Source: an uncultured Gemmatimonadales bacterium (lineage in GTDB: Bacteria > Gemmatimonadota > Gemmatimonadetes > Gemmatimonadales > GWC2-71-9). Taken from it: a DNA stretch of 64,000 bases. The first letter of the stretch is position 1. Each line of letters begins with the position of its first letter. The notes below the pieces were generated by a model. It did no database searches, was not told the DNA's origin, and was given only the letters and a program-made list of their open reading frames with translations. The stretch lies in NCBI GenBank assembly GCA_963728915.1, contig CAVSLV010000001.1, positions 864,001 to 928,000 of the forward strand, read 5' to 3'. Of this stretch, positions 58,057-64,000 are shown in pieces. The position numbers and the translations under genes are program-made.

Positions 58057-59427
58057 TCAGACCCGAATCCCCTGACCGGCGAGCCACTCGGCCACCTCGC
58101 CGCGATACGCATCGAGGGCCTTCTGGCTGGTCGCCTCGAACCGGAGCACCAGGACCGGCTGGGTATTCGAGGCCCGGAGCAGGCCCCAGCCGTCCGCGAA
58201 GGTGATGCGCACGCCGTCGATGGTATTCACCGGGTACCGCGCGCTGAAGTAACGCGCGGCTCGCTCGACCAGCGGGAACTTTTCGTCGTCAGGACAGTCC
58301 ACCCGGATTTCGGGAGTGGCGAATGTCCGGGGCAGATCGGCGAGCAACCGGGCGAGCCCGGGTGGTCCGGACGCTACGATCTCGAGCAACCGCGCCGCCG
58401 CAAAGAGCGCATCGTCGAACCCGAACCAGTCTCCTCCGAAGAAGAGATGCCCGCTCATCTCTCCAGCCAGGGGGGCATGCAGCTCCTTCATTCGCGCCTT
58501 GATGAGGGAGTGGCCGGTCTTCCACATCTCGGGCCGCGCCCCCGCAGCCGCCAGCGCCTGAGGCAGCACCTCGGAGCACTTGACGTCGAAAATCACCGGC
58601 ACGCCGGGTCCGAACCGGCGCACCGCGTCGCGGCCGAGAATCACGAGGAGCTGGTCTCCGTAGATGATGGTGCCATGCTCATCGACCGCGCCGAGCCGGT
58701 CGCCATCACCATCGAACGCGAGGCCCAGCTCGGCGTGATGGCTTCGCACCGCTGCCTGGAGATCGCGCAGGTTCTCGGGGACGGTGGGATCGGGATGGTG
58801 ATTCGGAAACGTGCCGTCGGAGTCACAGAAAATGGCGGTCAGCTCGGTCCCCAGTTGCTCCAGCGTGCTCACCGCGATGACCGAGGCCACCCCGTTTCCG
58901 CAGTCCACCACGGTCCGCACCGGCCGGGCCAGACGATGACGGCTGATGATGGCAGCCCGGTAGGCCGCGAGGACGCTGTCGTCCCGCTGCTCCTTCCCCG
59001 CTCCGGTCCGCCACCGCTCGGCGGTGATCAGGTCATGGAGCCCGAGGATCTCATCACCATGAACGGACTCCCCCGCGACCACCATCTTGAATCCGTTGAA
59101 CTCGGGCGGGTTATGACTTCCGGTGACCTGGAGCCCGCCATCCGCCCCGAGATGATGAATCGCAAAGTAGAGGGCCGGAGTCGGCAGCTCCCCGACATCG
59201 ACCGCGGTGGCGCCGGTCGAGGCAATCCCGGTCCGCACCGCGGGAGCCAGGGTTTTCCCCGAGGGGCGATTGTCCCGCCCGACCGCAAGCACCGGGAGCC
59301 GGCCCAGGCGCTCCCAGGCAAGCGTGGCGAAGGCGCGGCCGATCGCCGTGGCCAGCTCCGGCCCGAGATCGCGCCCGGTCACGCCACGAATGTCGTATTG
59401 CCGGAAAATGCTTCGAGGGGCCTGCAC
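58057..59427 (-). CDS. Phosphomannomutase/phosphoglucomutase (AlgC-like)
   Basis: IFRQYDIRG, TGSHNP, FDGDGDR, GEMSGH and RASNT. Confidence 0.95.
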   Translation of the reverse strand: MQAPRSIFRQYDIRGVTGRDLGPELATAIGRAFATLAWERLGRLPVLAVGRDNRPSGKTLAPAVRTGIASTGATAVDVGELPTPALYFAIHHLGADGGLQVTGSHNPPEFNGFKMVVAGESVHGDEILGLHDLITAERWRTGAGKEQRDDSVLAAYRAAIISRHRLARPVRTVVDCGNGVASVIAVSTLEQLGTELTAIFCDSDGTFPNHHPDPTVPENLRDLQAAVRSHHAELGLAFDGDGDRLGAVDEHGTIIYGDQLLVILGRDAVRRFGPGVPVIFDVKCSEVLPQALAAAGARPEMWKTGHSLIKARMKELHAPLAGEMSGHLFFGGDWFGFDDALFAAARLLEIVASGPPGLARLLADLPRTFATPEIRVDCPDDEKFPLVERAARYFSARYPVNTIDGVRITFADGWGLLRASNTQPVLVLRFEATSQKALDAYRGEVAEWLAGQGIRV

Positions 59428-59439
59428 CGGAGCTCTCCT

Positions 59440-60921
59440 CTAGTGACCGATCAGGGAGCCGGCCGTGGCGGTGGCCGCCGCCAGAACGCCGGAAGGAAGC
59501 ACTCCGAAGAGAAGGACGAGGATGACCGAGGCCGCCACGACGACCGCCGCTGGGCTTGGCAGGACCGCGCCATCGTGGGCGGTTTCGGATCCGGGCTCGC
59601 GCATGTAGGCCGCCATCACCACGGGAAGGTAGTAGCCCGCGGAGACCAGGGTCGTCACCACCAGCACCACGGCCAGGAGGTAGTGGTGCTCCTGGACTAC
59701 GGCGGTGAGGATCGCCCACTTGCCGACGAAACCGAGGGTCCCTGGGAACCCCAGGAGCGAGAGCATCGACACCGAGAGCCCGAAGGCGAGCCAGGGTCGC
59801 TTGGAAGCGAGACCCGCGATGGAGTCGAGGTCCACTTCCCGTTCCCCACCCCTCCCCAGCACGCTCAGGATGCCGAATGCCACCAGGGAAGTCAGCACGT
59901 ACGCCAGGAGATACACCACCACGGCGCTGAGCCCCGGCGAGGTGCCCGGCCAGAGCGCCACCAGCAGATAGCCGGCGTGAGCGATCGAGCTGTACGCCAG
60001 CATTCGCTTGAGAGACCGCTGGGAAAGCGCGACGAAGTTTCCGAGGACCATCGAGGCGATAGCCAGCACGGCCACCACCGGTTGCCACTGGAGCTGGGCC
60101 TTGGGAAACGCCACGACCAGTACCCTGGCCAGCGCGAAAAAGCCCGCGGACTTCACCGCGGTGGCCATGAACGCGGTGACCGGTGTCGGAGCGCCGTCGT
60201 ACGCGTCGGGCGCCCACATGTGGAATGGCACCGAGGCGATCTTGAAGGCGAACCCGATCAGGAGGAGGCCAAGACCCAGGAGGCCGAGCGGAGGAAGGCT
60301 CAGATCCGCGAGACGCTGACCGATACCGGTGAGCCCGGTGCTGCCGGTGGCTCCCCAGAGCAACGCAATCCCATAGAGGAGAAACGCCGAGGCGAATGCC
60401 CCGATCAGGAAATACTTGAGGGCCGCCTCCGCGGAAAAGCGGCTCGACCGATTGAAGCCCGCAAGGACGTACACCGGGATTGACATGACTTCGAGCCCGA
60501 GGAACAACACGATCAGGTCCTCGGCGCCGGCAAGGAACATCATGCCCGAGGCGGCGAACAGGAGGAGCGAGTAATACTCGGGAGCAATCAGCCCTTCCCG
60601 CTCGAGGTACCCCAAAGACAACGCGATCGTGGACCCCGTGGCCACCAGGATGAGGGCCAGGGCCACGAAGCGGAAGCCGTCCAGCCCTACCATGAAGGGC
60701 TGGCCCGCGCTCCGAGCTCCCCCGGCCCAGAGCCAGGTGAGCGCCAAGGCCGCCGGGATGAGGCTCACCAGCGCGACCCAGGCGGAGCGCCGGCTGTCGG
60801 CGGCGGAGCGATGGTACCAGGCGTTCACCATCAGAACGACGCAGGCACCCACCACCACCAGGATCTCCGGCGAGAGCGCCAGGGCGGCGTCAAGGGGGAT
60901 TCGGACGTCGAGCGGTCTCAT
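59440..60921 (-). CDS. nuoN: NADH-quinone oxidoreductase subunit N
   Basis: EAALKYF, FKIASVPFHMWAPDAYDGAP, KRMLAYSSIAHAGY and GFVGK. Confidence 0.96.
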   Translation of the reverse strand: MRPLDVRIPLDAALALSPEILVVVGACVVLMVNAWYHRSAADSRRSAWVALVSLIPAALALTWLWAGGARSAGQPFMVGLDGFRFVALALILVATGSTIALSLGYLEREGLIAPEYYSLLLFAASGMMFLAGAEDLIVLFLGLEVMSIPVYVLAGFNRSSRFSAEAALKYFLIGAFASAFLLYGIALLWGATGSTGLTGIGQRLADLSLPPLGLLGLGLLLIGFAFKIASVPFHMWAPDAYDGAPTPVTAFMATAVKSAGFFALARVLVVAFPKAQLQWQPVVAVLAIASMVLGNFVALSQRSLKRMLAYSSIAHAGYLLVALWPGTSPGLSAVVVYLLAYVLTSLVAFGILSVLGRGGEREVDLDSIAGLASKRPWLAFGLSVSMLSLLGFPGTLGFVGKWAILTAVVQEHHYLLAVVLVVTTLVSAGYYLPVVMAAYMREPGSETAHDGAVLPSPAAVVVAASVILVLLFGVLPSGVLAAATATAGSLIGH

Positions 60922-62546
60922 CGGGCGAGTCGGCGGACGGGCGGAGGGGCGGAGGGGCCGACCGGCGGGCCGGCGGAAAGGCGGATCGGCGGACCGCCGC
61001 TCCGCCGGTCGGCAGCATCCGAGTACTCGAAGGCTCTGAACTCCCCCCGGATCCGCTCGAGATAGCGGGTCGCGGCAGGTTCGATTCGCTTGAGTACAGG
61101 ATTCGGATAAAGCCCCAGCCAGACGATGCCGACCAGGATCGGCACCAGCACGATCAGCTCACGCCGGGTCAGGTCCTTCACTCCTGCATTTTCCGGCTCG
61201 ACCCGCTGATAGATCATCCGTTGCAGCGCCCAGAGCAGATATCCCGCCGCGAAAATGACGCCGGTGACCGCGAAAAAGACCGCGAGGGGTTCGGTCCGAA
61301 GGCTGCCGAGCAGGACCAGAAACTCGCCCACGAACCCGTTGAGCCCGGGAAGCCCGATGCTGGAGAGCGCCACGACCGTGAGCACCAGACTGAACAACGG
61401 AATCACCCGGGCAAGTCCTCCGAAGGCGGCGATCTCCCTGGTATGCCGACGCTCGTAGAGCATGCCGACCAGGAAGAACAACGCCCCGGTCGAGAATCCG
61501 TGGGCGATCATCACCATCACGGCGCCCTGGATGCTCTGGAGGGTGGCGCCCCAGATCCCGAGCATGACGAAACCGAGGTGGCTCACCGAGGAGTAGGCCA
61601 CCAGCTTCTTGATGTCGGTCTGCACCATCGCGACCAGAGCGCCGTAGAGAATGCCGATCACGGAAAGCACCAGCACCACGTTGGCGATGGGCCGCGCGCC
61701 GGCCACCAGAGGGAAGAACGGCACCGCGAACCGGATGAACCCGTAGGCTCCCATCTTGAGCAGGACCCCGGCGAGGAGCACGCTCCCCGCGGTGGGGGCC
61801 TCCACATGGGCATCGGGAAGCCAGGTGTGGAACGGGAAGACCGGCACCTTGATGGCGAATGCCAGGGCGAAGGCTCCGAAGAACCAGGGGGCGAGCTCGC
61901 CGGCCGCTCCGGCGTTGTCCAGGAGATGCTGGTACGCGAACGACAGGGTCCCGGTGCGCGCCGCGACCAGCCAGGCAAAGCCGACGATGGCCACCAGCAT
62001 GAGCAACGAGCCGGCCATGGTGTAGAGAAAGAACTTGATGGCGGCGTAGAGCCGGTTCTTGCCGCCCCACATCCCGATGATGAAGTACATCGGGATGAGC
62101 ATCACTTCCCAGAACACGTAGAACAGGAAGAGGTCGGTGGCGATGAACACGCCGATGACGCCGGTGAGCAGCACCAGCAGAAGCGCGTAGTACCCCCGCT
62201 CCCGCACGGTGATGTAGTTCCAGCTTCCGATCACGCACAGCGGCATGAGGAAGGTGGTGAGCAACACCATCATCACCGAGATGCCGTCGATGCCGACCGC
62301 GTAGCTGATGCCCCAGGCCGGAATCCAGGGGAGGCTGGTCCCGAGCTGGAGGGTGCCGGGCTGGGTATCGACCGCCCACCACAAGCCGATCGACAGAGCA
62401 AACTCGAGCAGGGTGAAGACCAGGGCGGTTCGTTTGGCGGCGGCCCGCGGGGTCGCCATGACGGCCGCCGCGCCGATCAGAGGCACGATCAGGAGCGCGT
62501 GCAGGATCCAGTGGGAATATCCCACGCCGTTCAGCAGATCACTCAT
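60918..62546 (-). CDS. nuoM: NADH-quinone oxidoreductase subunit M, with a repeat-encoded C-terminal tail
   Basis: GIDGIS, FYVFWE, KVPVFPFHTWLPDAHVEAP, AYSSVSH and GLPGLNGFVGE. Confidence 0.96.
   Translation of the reverse strand: MSDLLNGVGYSHWILHALLIVPLIGAAAVMATPRAAAKRTALVFTLLEFALSIGLWWAVDTQPGTLQLGTSLPWIPAWGISYAVGIDGISVMMVLLTTFLMPLCVIGSWNYITVRERGYYALLLVLLTGVIGVFIATDLFLFYVFWEVMLIPMYFIIGMWGGKNRLYAAIKFFLYTMAGSLLMLVAIVGFAWLVAARTGTLSFAYQHLLDNAGAAGELAPWFFGAFALAFAIKVPVFPFHTWLPDAHVEAPTAGSVLLAGVLLKMGAYGFIRFAVPFFPLVAGARPIANVVLVLSVIGILYGALVAMVQTDIKKLVAYSSVSHLGFVMLGIWGATLQSIQGAVMVMIAHGFSTGALFFLVGMLYERRHTREIAAFGGLARVIPLFSLVLTVVALSSIGLPGLNGFVGEFLVLLGSLRTEPLAVFFAVTGVIFAAGYLLWALQRMIYQRVEPENAGVKDLTRRELIVLVPILVGIVWLGLYPNPVLKRIEPAATRYLERIRGEFRAFEYSDAADRRSGGPPIRLSAGPPVGPSAPPPVRRLAR
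60924..61014 (+). repeat. Nine degenerate GGCGGANN octamers plus inverted copies, inside the 3' end of nuoM
   Basis: GGCGAGTC GGCGGACG GGCGGAGG GGCGGAGG GGCCGACC GGCGGGCC GGCGGAAA GGCGGATC GGCGGACC, then GCTCCGCC GGTCGGCA. Confidence 0.8.
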
Positions 62547-62549
62547 GCG

Positions 62550-64000
62550 CTACCCCAGCACGGTGCGAATCAGCCAGACGGCGCCGATCAGGAAAATGAC
62601 GATGTAGATGCCGACCGACCCCGATTGCAGCCGGCTCCCCAGCCAGCCCAGGCCTCGGGCGAGGGCGGCGGAGCCTTTGGCGCCGGCCCCGTCGATCACT
62701 CCCTGATCCACTCCCTTCCAGAGCACCCAGCGGGAGAGGGCCACGAGCGGGCGAACGATGGCGGCATCGTAGATCTCGTCGACGTAGTACTTCCGGTACA
62801 GCACCTTGGCGAATCCGGTTTCGGCGGGGGCCTCTCGGGCCACAGGAATCGGCCGTCGCATGGTCCACCGCCAACCCATGAACAAACCAATGGCGCCAAT
62901 GGCGATCGCCCCACCGATGAGAAGGACTTCAGTCGTTCCATGTGGGAAAGTGACGGGAACCTTTGCCACCGCGCTGGCAAAGACCGGTTCCAGCCAGTGT
63001 TCCAGCGCCGAATGGCCCCCCACAAAACTCGGCAGGTTCAAGAGCCCGCCAAACGCGCTGAGCACACCAAGCACGACCAGGGGTCCGGTCATGGTCCAGG
63101 GGGCTTCGTGCAAGTGCGGCCGTTCGGCTTCTCCGGTGCGGTTCTCGCCCAGGAAGGTCATGGCGAGGAGCCGCATCATGTAGAACGCGGTGAGCAGGGC
63201 CGCCAGGAGCCCCATGGCCCAGAACAGCTTCCAGATCGGCGCCGTGGCTCCCCGGCCGAAGGCCGCGGCGAGGATCTCGTCCTTGGAGAAAAATCCCGAG
63301 AGCGGGGGAATCCCGGCAATCGCCAGCGTGGCGATCAACATCAGGGCGAAGGTCCAGGGCATATGGCGGCGTAACCCGCCCATGTTGCGCATGTCCTGGG
63401 CGTCTTCGTGGGAATGGGTCGCATGGTAGGCGTGGTGCATCGCGTAGATGACGCTGCCCGAGCCCAGGAACAGCAGCGCCTTGAAGAACGCATGGGTGGC
63501 GAGGTGAAATATCCCGGCCACGTAGGCGCCGGTCCCCACCGCGAGGAACATGTAGCCGAGCTGCGAGATGGTCGAATAGGCGAGCACCCGCTTGATATCG
63601 TACTGGCGCAGCCCGATCGATGCCGCGTACAGCGCGGTCAGGGCGCCGATCCCCGCCACCACCGCCGCCGAGGTGGGCGCCATCGCAAAGAGAAAATTCG
63701 TCCGTGCCACCAGGTACACTCCCGCGGTGACCATGGTCGCGGCGTGAATCAGCGCCGATACGGGCGTGGGGCCTGCCATGGCATCGGGAAGCCAGGTGTA
63801 GAGCGGAATCTGGGCCGATTTGCCGGTGCAGCCGAGGAACAGGAGCAGCGTGAGCAGGGTCACGATGAAGCCGCCGGAATGGAGGCGCTGGTCGGCGAGC
63901 CCCTGCATGAGGTTGAAATCGAGGGTCTTGAGGTTCCAGAACAGAATGAACATCGCCAGCAGCACGCCGGCGTCCCCGATCCGGTTCACCAGGAACGCCT
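62550..64000 (-). CDS. nuoL: NADH-quinone oxidoreductase subunit L (5'-truncated by the window edge)
   Basis: NRIGD, GKSAQIPLYTWLPDAMAGPTPVSALIHAATMV, HAFFKALLFL and GFFSKD. Confidence 0.97.
   Translation of the reverse strand, partial: AFLVNRIGDAGVLLAMFILFWNLKTLDFNLMQGLADQRLHSGGFIVTLLTLLLFLGCTGKSAQIPLYTWLPDAMAGPTPVSALIHAATMVTAGVYLVARTNFLFAMAPTSAAVVAGIGALTALYAASIGLRQYDIKRVLAYSTISQLGYMFLAVGTGAYVAGIFHLATHAFFKALLFLGSGSVIYAMHHAYHATHSHEDAQDMRNMGGLRRHMPWTFALMLIATLAIAGIPPLSGFFSKDEILAAAFGRGATAPIWKLFWAMGLLAALLTAFYMMRLLAMTFLGENRTGEAERPHLHEAPWTMTGPLVVLGVLSAFGGLLNLPSFVGGHSALEHWLEPVFASAVAKVPVTFPHGTTEVLLIGGAIAIGAIGLFMGWRWTMRRPIPVAREAPAETGFAKVLYRKYYVDEIYDAAIVRPLVALSRWVLWKGVDQGVIDGAGAKGSAALARGLGWLGSRLQSGSVGIYIVIFLIGAVWLIRTVLG

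Overview
High-GC bacterial core-chromosome segment, most likely Gemmatimonadota (inferred from the lpxC-fabZ fusion, the futalosine genes, bshC and gene order). All genes from 1 to 26045 lie on the + strand and all genes from 26282 to 64000 on the - strand. They converge on a clear 28-bp dif site (26175-26202), so the window probably spans the replication terminus. Left arm: bamA-skp-lpxD-lpxC/fabZ-lpxA-lpxB-DUF374-lpxK, gdh, rlmH, bshC, murJ, uvrC, thrC, a TPR protein, tRNA-Gly, an FMO, DUF512, der-plsY-gpsA, MerR-surE-pcm-dedA-acyP, tRNA-Arg and a YfgM-like protein. Right arm: nuoLMN, a phosphomannomutase, UPF0182, sucCD-ndk, yceD-rpmF-plsX-fabHDG-acpP-fabF, mqnEAC, ispF, xerD, kdsB-pyrG-kdsA-lptCAB-rpoN, a five-gene transmembrane glycosylation cluster, dapF and a serine hydrolase lipoprotein. 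Five genes carry single-base frameshifts at short G/C runs, probably sequencing errors. The most notable non-coding signals are: (1) a 27-bp gapped palindrome (TAW-N19-WTA core) recurring in five intergenic regions; (2) two DnaA-box-like 9-mers and a macrodomain remnant directly flanking dif; (3) 7-, 8- and 9-mer tandem repeats at gene junctions, some of them translated into protein termini. No CRISPR array, transposase or prophage was seen. All calls come from reading the sequence by eye; no searches were run.
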